A DNA stretch of 64,000 nt from Eledone cirrhosa. Lineage: Eukaryota. Positions 14,191 to 29,749 of this stretch are shown here, piece by piece. Where the stretch lies: contig OZ024761.1 of the NCBI GenBank assembly GCA_964016885.1, positions 6,386,001 to 6,450,000 of the forward strand. The letters are read 5' to 3'. The notes below the pieces were generated by a model, which was not told the DNA's origin, did not search any database, and was given only the letters and a program-made list of their open reading frames with translations. The number at the start of each line of letters is the position of its first letter. Within the stretch, counting starts at the first letter, position 1. Position numbers and translations under genes: made by a program.

Positions 14191-15229
14191 ATATAAATGT
14201 ATATATTTATATTATATATATATATACATATGCATGTATTTGCATATATATGTATGTTTATGTATATATATATATATGTGTGTGTATGTGTATGAGTATA
14301 CATATATATCTACATATATATATATGTGTGTATTAAATATTTCTGTCCCCCAGAGATATCCAACACTAATCAACGACATTCCTTAAAAGTTAATGTCACA
14401 TCTCCCCTCCCCCACCACTACATATCTCCCCCAACACCTCCACCTCTAAACCACACTACACCACCCAGCAACAAAAACATATCTCCCCCCCCCCCACAAT
14501 AACAGTACCACCTACCATCCACCACCCGCTCTTCCCTGGGTAATAAACACTACCCCACCACCACAACCACCACCACCACAATAATACCCCGCCCACCACC
14601 ACCACAACAACAACAATACCACTCACCACCCACTTTACCCAGCACTCGAAACTCACCCCACCGCCAACACCATATTTTCTTCACAAGCCACTCCATACTA
14701 AACACTATCTCCCTCCCTTACCCATTCCCCCCATCATCACCAACACCGCCATAATAACCTCACCCTGCCACCCAACTACCCTTATCTATCGTTTCCCCCC
14801 CTTTATTACGTAACTTACCAATCTTACACCGCCCCCACCACTTCACCATATATCCAAAACCACACACCCAACCCCCTCCACCATACACTACGCCCCACCC
14901 ACTACTTCACCCACCAGACACCCAACCCCTCCACCACAGGTTCAAGTTCAGTTTTCCAAACTGAACTTGAACCGATAAGGTCTGATTCCTGGATATGTCA
15001 CCATTTATAAAACAAACTTTGGAAAACTCTGATATAACACCTGCAACCCTGATGGTATCCAATGATGTTGAATTGTTCTTCTTTTTGGTAAATATCATCT
15101 TGGTTAAGAGAGTGGGACTGGCTTTGTGCAGTGCTTTTGCTCACTATAAAAGCTTCACGGCGCAGGCATTGCTTTATATCTGGAGATCTCTCTGCACTTG
15201 TCGTCACATGGTACCATGGGCCCAGCACT

Positions 15230-15435
15230 ATGTGTCAATAATTGTCACAAGTGTAGTGTTTGTACCAGAGTTTTCAAGTCGCTGGCTGGACTAAAAAGTC
15301 ACATTCGTTCAGTGCATTGGTAGGGGTTCTCCTACATGGATATAAAGTAGTGGCCGTACTCGAAAACGAGTTGGCAGCCACCATGTATGTATGTATGTAT
15401 GTATGTATGTATGTATGTATGTATGTATGTATGTA
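15230..15435 (+). mobile_element. Probable RTE-like LINE 3' end with C2H2-like finger and (TATG)n tail
   Basis: Translates as [24 protein letters not shown], then a short UTR and (atgt)n. Confidence 0.5.
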
Positions 15436-15440
15436 TATAT

Positions 15441-15474
<34 letters not shown>

Positions 15475-15584
15475 ATATGTATATGTATATATGTATATAT
15501 ATATATATGTATATGTATATATGTATATATATATATGTATATGTATATATTTATATATATATGTATATATTATATAGATATAAT

Positions 15585-15627
<43 letters not shown>

Positions 15628-15694
15628 TAATATATATATATATAATATATATATATATAATATATATATAATATATATAATATATATATATAAT

Positions 15695-15726
<32 letters not shown>

Positions 15727-16002
15727 ATATATATAATATATATATATATAATATATATAATATATATATATAATATATATATAATATATATATATAATAT
15801 ATATAATATATATATATATAATATATGTATATATAATTTATATAATATATATATATAATATATATATATAATATATATAATATATATATATAATATATAT
15901 ATATAATATATATAATATATATATAATATATATATATATATAATATATATAATATATATATATAATATATATATACATATAATATATATATATATATATA
16001 AT

Positions 16003-16066
<64 letters not shown>

Positions 16067-16105
16067 ATATAATATATATATATATAATATATATATATAT
16101 AATAT

Positions 16106-16137
<32 letters not shown>

Positions 16138-16237
16138 ATATATATATATATATATCATATATATATATATATATATAATATATATATATATCATATATAT
16201 ATATAATATATATATATATAATATATATATATATCAT

Positions 16238-16282
<45 letters not shown>

Positions 16283-16288
16283 TAATAT

Positions 16289-16322
<34 letters not shown>

Positions 16323-16507
16323 ATATATATATATATATATAATATATATATATAATATATATATTATATATATATATATATATTTAACGAAGGAAATGTG
16401 GTAAGGAACCAGGTGGACCATAACGCACCAAAGGTCTTACTGGTCTTACTGGTTCCTATATATATATTTATATATATATAATATATATATATATTTATAT
16501 ATATATA

Positions 16508-16551
<44 letters not shown>

Positions 16552-16582
16552 TATAATATATATATATATTTATATATATATA

Positions 16583-16620
<38 letters not shown>

Positions 16621-16915
16621 TATACTATATATATATAATATATATATATATATACTATATATATATATATATAATATATATATATACTATATATATATAT
16701 ATAATATATATATATACTATATATATATAATATATATATATATATATAATATATATATATATATATTTATATATATACTATATATATATATAATATATAT
16801 ATATATATATTTATATATATACTATATATATATAATATATATATATATAATATATATATACTATATATATATAATATATATATATATATAATATATATAT
16901 ATTTATATAAAATAT
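15436..16915. repeat. Long interrupted (TA)n microsatellite
   Basis: Direct reading; short insert at 16385-16458 related to 18220-18315. Confidence 0.95.
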
Positions 16916-16971
16916 TAAAAAAATAATGAATAAAACAATGAAACAGTTCCTTATATTAAACAAAAAAAGTT

Positions 16972-17122
16972 CATTATTTAACGATCGTTTCTAGGATATA
17001 TATGTGTTAGAATTGGCATGCATATTCAACAGATCTATGTACAAAATTATACAAAATTATACAAACTATCAAAATTAAATATACATACCAAACACATATA
17101 TATGCCGTCTTCAGAAATAATG
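16972..17122 (-). ncRNA. Type I hammerhead ribozyme with ~115-nt stem II
   Basis: cattattt CTGAAGA cggc-atatatatgtgtt...aacacatatatat-cct GAAA cgatcg TT aaataatg; perfect 8-bp stem I, palindromic stem III ACGATCGT. Confidence 0.8.
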
Positions 17123-17379
17123 AAATATATTTATTGATAATAACAACAATTCAAAATTTCAGGTCCGTTTGGGAACAGAGTTCAAATTGACCAATGAAAA
17201 TACAAAATTTTTATGCAGTTTGGTGTGTGTATATACATGTAATTAACTTCGTACACATATTTACATAAAGATATATGTTCACATGCATACGCATGCCAAA
17301 AGGATGTATGCGAATACAAAAATTCAAGGCTAATGTCTCTGTAAGTTTATAATCCACAGATAAAATGCGTACATATATT

Positions 17380-17437
<58 letters not shown>

Positions 17438-17494
17438 CTATATATATATATATATATATATTTATATACATATATATATATTTATATATATACT

Positions 17495-17525
<31 letters not shown>

Positions 17526-17611
17526 TTATATGTATACTATATGTATATTTATATATATATATGTATATTTATATATATATATATATATGTATATTTATAT
17601 ATATATATATA

Positions 17612-17649
<38 letters not shown>

Positions 17650-17677
17650 TGTATATTTATATATATATATATATATA

Positions 17678-17727
<50 letters not shown>

Positions 17728-17784
17728 ATATATATATATATATATATAATTTATATATATATATATATATATAATATATATGTA

Positions 17785-17835
<51 letters not shown>

Positions 17836-17878
17836 ATATATAATTTATATATATATATATATAATATATATGTATATT

Positions 17879-17913
<35 letters not shown>

Positions 17914-17920
17914 ATAATTT

Positions 17921-18437
17921 ATAGGAACCAGTAAGACCCCGACAGCTGAGCTCAAGCCGTTTCGACGGCTAATTCTGGACTAAATGAAAATTTATCCTGG
18001 TATTTAAATAGCCGATCTTCTCAAGGGGTAATTCCATATATGGTCAAAGTGATTGTCAAAAATCAGTAAAGTTTTTTCGGTGGGATTGGGATGTTCTTGG
18101 TAGAGAAGTCAATGTTGTGTTTTCGCATGGTGCGGGTGAAATGAATTGAGCTTAGCGGAAAAGTCTGGATACGGCGTGGTAGGGTCGGAAAGTGCTCTAC
18201 TACGGGAGTAGGAGCTAGATAACGAAGGAAATGTGGTAAGGAACCAGGTGGACCATAACGCACCAAAGTACTCAATACTTGAGGTAGTAGAGTGGGTAAT
18301 AGGAACCAGTAAGACCCCGACAGCTGAGCTCAAGCCGTTTCGACGGCTAATTCTGGACTAAATGAAAATTTATCCTGGTACTGATTTTTGACAATCACTT
18401 TGACCATATATGGAATTACCCCTTGAGAAGATCGGCT
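17921..18437 (-). mobile_element. Rearranged PLE-derived fragment: direct repeat (17921-18002 = 18299-18380), inverted repeat (18008-18068 vs 18379-18439) and a putative PLE ORF N-terminus
   Basis: Repeats read directly; minus-strand MRKHNIDFSTKNIPIPPKKLY resembles the 'FxYSxKNIPIP' N-terminus recalled for this PLE group. Confidence 0.6.
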
Positions 18438-18439
18438 AT

Positions 18440-19405
<966 letters not shown>

Positions 19406-19419
19406 CCCCAATATTCATA

Positions 19420-21666
19420 ACCAAAGAACCATGGAGTGCCTCTTCAGATCAAGAAGAACCCCCACCCACCCACCAACAGACTATTGGAAGAGTTTGAGAA
19501 CGAAATGATTGGCATCATTTCCAACATCAAATTTTCCGACCAACCATACCGAGATCGAGAGTACCTTAGACGACTGGAAAATGGAATTACCGAGCTTAAG
19601 GAATCTACAGGAATACTCGTCTATGCCGACAAATCCAACAAACTTTACAGCATGGACGTTCAACTTTACCATGAGCTAATCCTCTGGGACTTGAGTAAAA
19701 GCTACAAAAAAACGCCCGAGGCTACCCTGGAGGATATCAACATCAAGGCATATGAGATCGTATCTGGTCTTGGTATAGATGATAGGACGGCCCCATACCA
19801 ACCAAGGGGGCCGAGGATTACCATTAAGGTCCACAAAGCAAACTTCGAGTCTAACCTGCCGGTCAGACTGATAGCCCCCTCCCGGTCAGACATGGGGGTT
19901 ATTAGCAAAAGCATTTTAGATAGGATCCTACCCACACTTAAGAGTAAAATAAAGTTACAACTCTGGTCCTGCACCAGCCAGGTGCTGGACTGGTTTACAT
20001 TTTTACCTGACAAACATAGGACTAGCTTCATACAACTAGACATCAACAATTACTACTTCTTTATCTCGCCCATAGTCCTGAACAAGGCACTCATATTCGC
20101 AATGAATAGGACAGACCTAACACGCGACGAGGTCCGAATCATACACGCCGCCAGAAAGACCCTGATCTGATTCGGTGGGGACATATGAACCCGGAGCGAC
20201 TGGCCAAATAATTTTGACATTACAATGGGCTCCAGTGACTCCGCGCAACTAACGGACTTGGTTTGGATATACATACTCTACGAGATCAGGAGAGAAATAC
20301 CCAACCTGGGTGGCGGGCTGTACCGAGACGACGCACTCTTCACCGTAGTGGACCACAGCACCACAATGGTCGAAAATATGAAGAGGAGAATTAGGCACTT
20401 AGCAAGGTAGGACTTAAGGTAGAGATGGAACCCAATATAAAAGTAGTGAATTTCCTGGACACCACCCTCAACCTCAACACCAAGCTACACCACCCATATC
20501 ATAAACCCAATGAGAAGCTGGTGTATATCAACGCTGGGTCTAATCACCCTAGATCTATACTCCCAGACCCCTATCCGTCACCACCCCCGGTAGAAGGTCC
20601 CGCATACCCCACCGGTCTAATACCTACAACGCTGAAAACCACTTTGCTGCGGAACTTAGGCACCCCTGCACCGGTTCCACCACCCGCCGAACCCTAATTG
20701 AGCAGGGAGGCTGCACCTCGCAGGTTTATAGCCCTACGGTGGGCCCATATAACCCTCATGATAGTGACCGCTCCGCACACCCGAGTGACACCAACCGAGC
20801 TCGACCTGAGCTGTGCACAACCACGCGATGGCCGACGGCGGACACCCAACAACCCCGCAAGAATAGGACCAGGAAGGTCACATGGTATAACCCTCCATAC
20901 TCGGTGGGTCTACGTACCATTCTTTAGAGTACTGGATAAATGTTTCCCTAGGGCCCACAAGTACCATAAAATATTCAACAGGCACACGGTGAAACTTTCC
21001 TACTCAACCACACGCTCCGTAGCCCAGCATATAGCTGGCATCAATAAGAATAGGCTCACTGCCTCTAATACCACCGTAAACCCCGGAGCCACCCAACAGA
21101 ACCAGCATGCGGGACGCAACGGAACCCGGACAGGCCCAACTAGCACACCGGAACCCCACGACCCTGTGCTGATTGCGGAGGCTACCCAGCCAACCCCGAG
21201 TGATGGTAACCACGCGGTACATGTGGTGGGGCTTAAGAAGTCATGTAATTGCAGAGACCCATCACTATGCCCCCTTAGTAATGAATGCATGACGAAAAAC
21301 GTGGTCTACAGGTGCAAGGTCACAACCCCTAACTCGGAGCACTACTACATAGGATCCACAGCGACGAGCTTCAAAGATCGGTGGTATAACCACCGCCATT
21401 CCTTTAACAGAATAGATAAGAGGAAATGTACGGCCCTTTCTGAATTGATTTGGAAGTTCAAACTTGATAAGACCCCGCACTCTCTGGTCTGGTCAGTGGT
21501 TAGAAAGGTTCCCCTAGACAGAGGCGGGTCGGGTATTTGCAACCTCTGTCTTAGTGAGACACTCGAGATTCTTCATGGCGGAACCAAGCTATTAAACAGA
21601 AGGGCCGACTTATTCGGTGCCTGCAGATACTTAAGGACGGGAACTTTCCTCAAGCTATATGGATAA
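19420..21666 (+). pseudogene. PLE reverse transcriptase + GIY-YIG endonuclease, disrupted
   Basis: ADKSNKLY; HKANF..N..VRLIAPSRSDMG.ISK.ILD; FIQLDINNYY; FDITMGSSDSAQLTDLV; GLYRDDAL; VNFLDTTLNL..PYHKPN; WYNPPYS; CNCR..CPL..C..NVVY..YYIGST..FKDRWYNH; CNLCLSE; stops at 20168, 20186, 20408 plus frameshifts. Confidence 0.92.
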
Positions 21667-21841
21667 ACCCCGGTTACGGCCTCCCACAACGCCCCACCCC
21701 CTGTAGGTGCCCTACACCCCGTACCAAGGACCAATGGACAACAACAACCACCCATAGTTTGTGGTCCTTATGGTGGATGGTCCACCGGATCCTCTACTGG
21801 TTAGGAGTCATCTAAACCACGTTTTATTGAACCTGATTTTT

Positions 21842-21872
<31 letters not shown>

Positions 21873-21980
21873 CATGTGTATATATGTATATATTTTATAT
21901 GTGTATATATGTGTATTTTATATATATGTATGTATATATATGTATATATTTTATATATATATGTATATGTATGTGTATTT

Positions 21981-22015
<35 letters not shown>

Positions 22016-22796
22016 TATGTGTGTATATATATCGTGTATGTGTGTATTTTATGTATATATATTTTTTTTATATTTTTATATGTATATATTTTATATATAT
22101 GTATGTTCTGTGTATATGTATATATTTTATATATATACTTGTGCGTACATACATGCATGCGTACATACATGCATGCATATATGTATATGCACACCTGTAT
22201 GGATTTGTGTGTGTAGATGTGTGAGTGTCTTAGGGGTAGGTGTGAGTGTATGTACAAGTGAACCAGCATAAACCTTTTATTTCTAAATTTTCTAAACTAT
22301 CTAAGTATTGGACTCTAACCATTATTTTAAGTATTACCACCCCACATTTTGTATGTGTGGATGTGTGTGTGTGTCTGTGGAGGTGGGTGTGAGTGTAGTG
22401 CAAGCCAACCTACATAAGTCTTTTTATTTGTAAATTTTCTACTCTAACCATAAATTTCAGTAGCACCACTCCACATAAATTCCTCAATTTAAGAATGACC
22501 TGTAGTATCTATTTCATACTATTAACCTTATTTGAATATATATCTGAGCAGGAATGCTTTTTGTGAAAATCAGTCATATGGAACTATTGTCATCTTGCCT
22601 GACGGTTTGAACTTTACAACACCACCTGCCTCTTTGAGGTCAAATACCAACCCTACTACCATCTACAAACTGACCAATGAGAATCAAGACTATTCCTGCT
22701 AACAACATTAAATTATTCCTAACAAGCTCATATGTCCCAAGTCTCTGATACCATCAACACTATAAACACAGAGCTGGCATATCTAAGAACTGACTA

Positions 22797-22852
22797 ACTG
22801 CCTGATGAGGTCATAGCCATTCAATGGCTATCATCGAAATATATATAGCAGT
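22797..22852 (+). ncRNA. Type I hammerhead ribozyme in PLE 3' terminus (family A)
   Basis: actgc CTGATGA ggtcatagccatt-c-aatggctatcatc GAAA tatata TA gcagt. Confidence 0.88.
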
Positions 22853-22897
22853 AAATAAAGGATTATGAGTTCATGCAATTGTCTTATGTTTCGTCAC

Positions 22898-23030
<133 letters not shown>

Positions 23031-23479
23031 AGCTGTATAAGATGACTCAGCTTAAAAGTAGAATTAAAATCTTAGTTCTCACATAACCGTATACATACAA
23101 GTATGCGAATTTTATATATCTAACGATTGAGCCAACTTGTACAGCTCCAATATGCAAATGAGGCTTATCAGCCCATCTACATAGGTAAAAAGTATATATA
23201 CATATATTTTCTACCAGAGAGCAGTGCAAACACAGTCCTGATGACGACCATAGCCAGAAATGTACATGATAGTTGTGCTCCGCTGATTCTGCTGGAATCC
23301 GCTAGACGGCGTTGACTGTCAGCCTTTCAATATTCGTAACTAGAAGTATTTCCAAATGCTTATGTATGAATTATACTGTATATCATTAGACATACGAACT
23401 TCACATACATTTATATATATATATTATATATATATATAAATATATATATAGTAATAATAATAAATTTGAAGACTAAAAT

Positions 23480-23770
23480 CCAAAGAGGGCTCGATAAGGA
23501 TCAATATATATCAAATATATAAGAACCGTAGAGCAAATAATTGTTTTTCACCGCTCCAAATAATGACGTATTATATTCCTTTTTTCCCGTTCTTTGCCAG
23601 GGAACGTTTCCACGAACCAAAGTATCGTCTTCCTGTCTTCCTCCGGTTGCAACGTTTTTTGAAATATTCACTTCTGCGTTGACAGATTGACTTTGTTAGC
23701 TTCAGAAGATCCCGTTAAGGGTGAAAGCACCGATTCTTTGCTTAAACTTTAATCTGTTATTTTAATAAAT
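23480..23770 (+). mobile_element. Longest copy of the family Y repeat (CAGAAGA hammerhead-like end)
   Basis: Shares gagggctcgataagg..agaaccgtaga with 6817 and 52828, and the cagaagatcccg end with 6950, 8200 and 52665. Confidence 0.75.
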
Positions 23771-23790
23771 AAATAAATAAATATAAATAA

Positions 23791-23828
<38 letters not shown>

Positions 23829-23982
23829 TTATTAGGTTTGTTGGTTCACCTCCGGATAGAATTGGTCATTCCGTATGGTCAATCTTGATGCAATATTATG
23901 GAAAGTAGTGTCTATATATATATAGACACACTTTTATTACAATGAGGTTAAAGTGTCTATACATTTTTTGGGGGACACCCTG

Positions 23983-23989
<7 letters not shown>

Positions 23990-24044
<55 letters not shown>

Positions 24045-24634
24045 GTCTGTGTGTGGTGTCTGTGTGTGTGTGTGTGTGTGTGTAATGTCTGTGTGTGGTG
24101 TCTGTGTGTGTGTGTGTGTGTAATGTCTGTGTGTGATGTCTGTGTGTGTAATGTCTGTTTATGTTTTATCCATTCTTCAAATATTTATGACACCCTACAA
24201 CCTCCAGATTTAAATATTTACTCCACCTTTCACACACACACACACACACACGACCAAACACACAAACACACACAACCAAATACACTCACACACACACACA
24301 CAACCAAATACACTCTCACACACACACACACACAACCAAATACACTCTCACACACACACACACAACCAAACACACAAACACACACACACACACAACCAAA
24401 CACACAAACACACACACACTCAACTAAACACACAAACACACACACACACACACAACCAAATACACTCACACACACACACACAACCAAATACACTCACACA
24501 CAAAACCAAATACACTCTCACACATACAACCAAACACACACACACACAACCAGATATGCATACACACAACCAAATACAGACATACACAACCAAATACACA
24601 GACACATACAACCAAACACACAGACACATACAAC

Positions 24635-24689
<55 letters not shown>

Positions 24690-26050
24690 CCAAACACACA
24701 CCCACCACACCACACCACCACCACACACACATATATATGACACAACCAAGAAGGAAATATCAGTACTCCACCTTACTAAACTATTTGGGAGTTCCTCTCG
24801 TGTTGCTATTGAAAACTCCCTTTTATCAGTAAATAGCTGTGTGTGTATATATATGTAGATATGTGTGTGTCTATGTAATATAAATATGTGTGTCTGTGTC
24901 ACTCTTGACATGTCTTTCTCTTTATAGAAGTATGTGTGTGTATATGTATATATAAATATGTGTGTGTATATGTATATATAAATATGTGTGAGTATATGTA
25001 TATATAAATATGTGTGTATACGTATATATATATATGTGTATATATGTATATATAAATATGTGTGTATATGTATATATATATAAATATGTGTGTGTATATG
25101 TATTTAGAAATATGCGCGTGTTGATGTACGTATAAATGTGTGTATATATATATATAAATATGTGTGCATATGTATAAATATGTGTGCATATGTATATATG
25201 TGTATATATGTATATATAAATATGTGTGTATATGTATATATATATAAATATGTGTGTGTATATGTATTTAGAAATATGCGCGTGTTGATGTACGTATAAA
25301 TGTGTGTATATATATATATAAATATGTGTGCATATGTATAAATATGTGTGCATATGTATATATGTGTATATATGTATATATAAATATGTGTGTATATGTA
25401 TATATATATAAATATGTGTGTGTATATGTATTTAGAAATATGCGCGTGTTGATGTACGTATAAATGTGTGTATATATATATATAAATATGTGTGCATATG
25501 TATAAATATGTGTGCATATGTATATATGTGTATATATGTATATATAAATATGTGTGTATATGTATATATAAATATGTGTGTATATGTATATATAAATATG
25601 TGTTTATATTTATATATAAATATGTGTATATATGTATATATATGTGTATATATGTATATATAAATATGTGTGTATATGTATATATAATTATGTGTGTATA
25701 TGTACATATAAATATGTGTGTATATATATATAAAAGTATGTGTGTGTATATGTACATATAAATGTGTGTATATATGTATATATAAATATGTGTATGTGTA
25801 TATGTATATATAAATGTGCGTGTATATGTATATATAAATATGCGTGTATGTGTATACATATGTGTGTGTATATGTACATATAATTATGTGTGTGTATATG
25901 TATATATAAATATGCGTGTATGTGTATACATATGTGTGTGTATATGTACATATAATTATGTGTGTGTATATGTATATATAAATGTGTGTGTATATGGATA
26001 TATAAATATGTGTGTATATATATAAATATATGAATATACATATATATGTA
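23990..26050. repeat. Compound (GT)n/(CA)n/(TA-TG) low-complexity region, including three ~165-bp duplicated blocks at 25035-25520
   Basis: tttagaaatatgcgcgtgttgatgtacg recurs at ~25102, 25267 and 25431. Confidence 0.9.
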
Positions 26051-26219
26051 TGTGTTGTGTCCCGGGTTCAACCGGGGGTAACCACTGTAAGTAAGGTACT
26101 CAATACATATTAGAGTATATACTAAGATTCAATATAGACATGGCTTCTACAGGACTAGAACTGTTTCATTTTGGCTTTCCTGGTGATTTCCTTCGAATAA
26201 AACAGTCCTGTCGAAGCCA

Positions 26220-26251
<32 letters not shown>

Positions 26252-26263
26252 CATAATATATAT

Positions 26264-26595
26264 GATCAAAAGATGGTTAAAAGAGTTCCATGTATTTTAT
26301 TATGCGCATTTCAAAAACAAATATCATCATGCAATAACATTTAAAGTAGGGAGACATGATATGAAGGTTAAAACACACTTGTGAATATTGCAGTTTTAAA
26401 TCAACATATGTGTATTTGTCTGTGTATTTGGTTGTGTATGTTGATTTAAAACTGCACTATTCACAAGTGTTTTAACCTTCATATCATGTCTCCCTATTTT
26501 ATCTGACGAAAACGCAAATGTTATTGCATGATGATATTTGTTTTTGAAATGCGCATAATAAAATACATGGAACTCTTTTAACCATCTTTTGATCT
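26264..26595. mobile_element. Fold-back element, ~145-bp arms; right arm has an intact HHR, left arm has lost the core
   Basis: gatcaaaagatggttaaaagagttccatg... / ...catggaactcttttaaccatcttttgatc. Confidence 0.9.
26495..26565 (+). ncRNA. Type I hammerhead ribozyme (family F)
   Basis: tattttat CTGACGA aaacgcaaatgttat..atgatatttgttttt GAAA tgcgca TA ataaaata; 8-bp stem I, palindromic ATGCGCAT. Confidence 0.88.
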
Positions 26596-26688
26596 TATAT
26601 ATTATGTATACTCCAGTCCTACAAACTGTAGAGTGCTTCTTATCCAATATCTGCATTGCTCTATTGTACTACAATAAAACTCACCTCC

Positions 26689-26753
<65 letters not shown>

Positions 26754-26916
26754 CGGCTCTCTATATATATATAACGGCTCAGCCGTTAATATGCATAAGG
26801 AAAGTATATACTTTCAGACGTTCAACCATCTTGCCAGATTGTTGAACGTCTGAAAGTATATACTTTCCTTATGCATATTAACGGCTGAGCCGTTATATAT
26901 ATAGAGAGGAAGGTAT

Positions 26917-26959
26917 ACGATGCTGACGATAGCTAACAAGCTTGAAACTAGTACATCGT
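26917..26959 (+). ncRNA. Type I hammerhead ribozyme, family B
   Basis: acgatg CTGACGA tagctaacaagctt GAAA ctag TA catcgt; preceded by an inverted repeat at 26757-26907. Confidence 0.87.
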
Positions 26960-27204
26960 TCTTGTGTCAGTGTTGAACAAAAAGGTGACGTGGTTGCCTA
27001 AACACTGTACGGCGTAATTCGGGCTGTTTGTTTGTTTACAAACAAACCGAGCATTATAATAAATGTTCGGTAAACCGATACGTGCATATATATATGTGTG
27101 TGCATGTATGTATATATATATACTACTGTACGTCTGTACACATATATGTATGTACGTATACATACATACATACTTATATATATATATATATATATATTAA
27201 AAAA

Positions 27205-27470
27205 AGGGTAAGACGCCCTTTGGTCATGAATGACCACGGGATTTGCACCTAGAAAGTTTTCCTCCCAGGCACAAGTCCATGCCAGGTTGTTTGTGGAAGA
27301 CCAGCAGTCGTCCATGCATACCAGCCTCCCCTCTCCACGCCACCGATGCTACCCAAGGGAAAGGCAATGGCCGATACAGCTTGACACCAATGACGTCGCA
27401 GCTCATTTCTACAGCTGAACAAACTGGAACAATGTGAAATAAAGTGTCTTGCTCGAGAACAAGACACTTT
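27205..27470 (-). mobile_element. SINE family 2 body and 3' end (head missing)
   Basis: Reverse complement of gagcaagacactttatttcac... core shared with 28085-28275 and 42850-43035. Confidence 0.65.
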
Positions 27471-27752
27471 ATTTCACATTTCTCCAGGTCAGCATGACTA
27501 GGCAAGCTATTTAGAACACTGGTTTAACCGCTTTACTTCCCTCCGAAGAAGAGATATTATCTCGAAAATTAAGGACATTTAAATAAATCTAAGGTAAAAG
27601 ACTAATTGTCAAAAATATCTTTTGCATTTGCATTCGTTATTCTATGTCCATACCTGCATTGTTTTGGCTTTATTATATATATACAAACGTTTATATATAT
27701 ATATATATTAATTCAAAATATTAACAAAAATAGACATTCGTGTGATCAAGTA

Positions 27753-27819
27753 TATTTTATTATACATATTTCAGAGGTACTGAGCTAACTTCAACAGTAC
27801 GTCCTCATCAGATAAAATA
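27753..27819 (-). ncRNA. Type I hammerhead ribozyme
   Basis: tattttat CTGATGA ggacgtactg..cagtacctct GAAA tatgta TA ataaaata. Confidence 0.85.
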
Positions 27820-28084
27820 AGATGATGCATGACATACTTTGACTAAGTAGATGGTTAAGATTCAGTCATGGCAGTGAGTAAGATAGGACAAAACTCAATA
27901 TTTATATCCCTTAAGATTGAGACATGAAAAAATTTACATATAATACAGAGGGTGCGTGTGAGAAAGCTTAAAAATACATAATAGCAATTTATTATTCCAA
28001 TCTATTGTAAAACTCATTCTTTGATTTATTCATTGAACCTTGTTTAACCTTTAAAAAAAAAAAAATATATATATATATCACTGA

Positions 28085-28275
28085 AGGCGTGTGGCTGAGT
28101 GGTTAGAGAATTGGATTCGCAATCGTAAGGTTGTGAGTTCGATTCCTGGACCAGGTGATGCGTTATGTCCTTGAGCAAGACACTTTTTTCACGTTGTTCC
28201 TTCTACTTGGAGTTGCGACCGATAGATAGTATTAGCAATTGGAAAGACCAACGGAAACATTGTTCCTTCGGTCCG
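28085..28275 (+). mobile_element. tRNA-derived SINE family 2
   Basis: A box tggctgagtgg, B box gttcgattc, then gtccttgagcaagacactt; inverted copy at 42850-43035. Confidence 0.85.
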
Positions 28276-28418
28276 ATTTGACGAAAGTCGATCGTTCCTT
28301 ATATATATGGGAAAAGAGTCAGAGTCCTGACTCTTTTCCTATTACCCACTCTACTACCCAAAGTATTGAGTACGCTGGTGCGTTATGGTCCACCTGGTTC
28401 CTTACCACACTTCCTTCG

Positions 28419-28458
<40 letters not shown>

Positions 28459-28674
28459 TATATTATATTATATTATATTATTCATGTTCACACTCGGAAT
28501 ATAAACGCTGCCCCAATTTTACCATACCTCCAGAAGACGAGAGGCATCAAATTTGTGACCTTTCTTCGGGCGCATATATTTGTATTTACTGTCGTGACCT
28601 CCGCTCCATCCTCTCCACCGATTTGTTCTTCCTGGTCGGACTTATATCCCGCCACGCTTTTCGATCAACTCGCT

Positions 28675-28756
<82 letters not shown>

Positions 28757-28997
28757 CTCTATCGATTGGGTTGTTGGTCGGTCCCGACTGCACGTGCGTC
28801 GTAAACCCTTTTGGATTAACTCTCTTTCACTTCTCCTCCCTCTCTCTCTCTATCTCTCTTACTCACCCACTCTGTCCTCTACCTCCTCCTATCCCCTCTC
28901 ACTTCCGGTTTCTCCGTCTTTCTCTCTCTCTCTCTTTCTCTCTCTCTCTCCCTTTCTCTCTCCCCCCTTCTCTCTCTCTCTCCCCCCTTCTCTCTCC

Positions 28998-29043
<46 letters not shown>

Positions 29044-29749
29044 GCTTTACTGGGAATAGTCACGGATTTACCTGCACCTCTGTTAATATGGCTACCGGGC
29101 TTAACTTGGTCTATTTTCTCTTTGGTTACTTACATGAGCCATTCTCCTGTGTTCCCCCTCCTATCGGTATGTTTACTTTGTTTTTTCCTTTGTTTCTTCT
29201 CCCCTTTTTTTCTTTCTTTCTCTCTCTTCGCTATCATTTCTTTCCCTCATGGCTTTTTGATAGATAAAAGGCTACGGACGCGCTATGGATCGATGTTCTG
29301 TTTATAATGCGCCGAAACATCCACGACCCATAGTAAACAACAGACGAAGGGAAACTGCCCATCTCTTGTTTGTGTCGCCCTACCTTCTAACACTATATAT
29401 ATATATAAAGACTATATAGAGAAAAATACACAAAAAGGTATGTGTTCAATTATAGGGGATAGATTACCACCAGAGTGAAAACCATACTGTCTACGAAAGG
29501 AATGGAGAATACAGATCAATTAAAAGAATAAATTAAAATGTACAAACCATCCGTTTATAACTACATCACCTGGAAATGTTCAAATTAGAGAATATTTCGC
29601 CATAAAAAGTGAAGATTCCATATTGTAGAAGGCTCGTCAACAGATGGACTACAGTATGGCCCACACTTCTAAAAATATATCAGATAACTAAAATAACCCA
29701 CAGGGTGTAGAGAGGAGAAAACATGTGCGTAACATAGTCCATGTGCGTA

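Noticed and set aside
20168-20188. In-frame TGAs as selenocysteine codons
   Set aside because: They do not fall at the Cys motifs, and the copy has other stops and frameshifts; decay is the simpler explanation
28085-28160. Possible tRNA genes at SINE heads (also 45848, 48157, 59468, 61621)
   Set aside because: A/B boxes present but no complete cloverleaf; they continue into SINE bodies or tandem units
28239-29307. 342-aa and 313-aa ORFs
   Set aside because: Read-through of SINE end, (TA)n and (CT)n tracts; no recognisable domain
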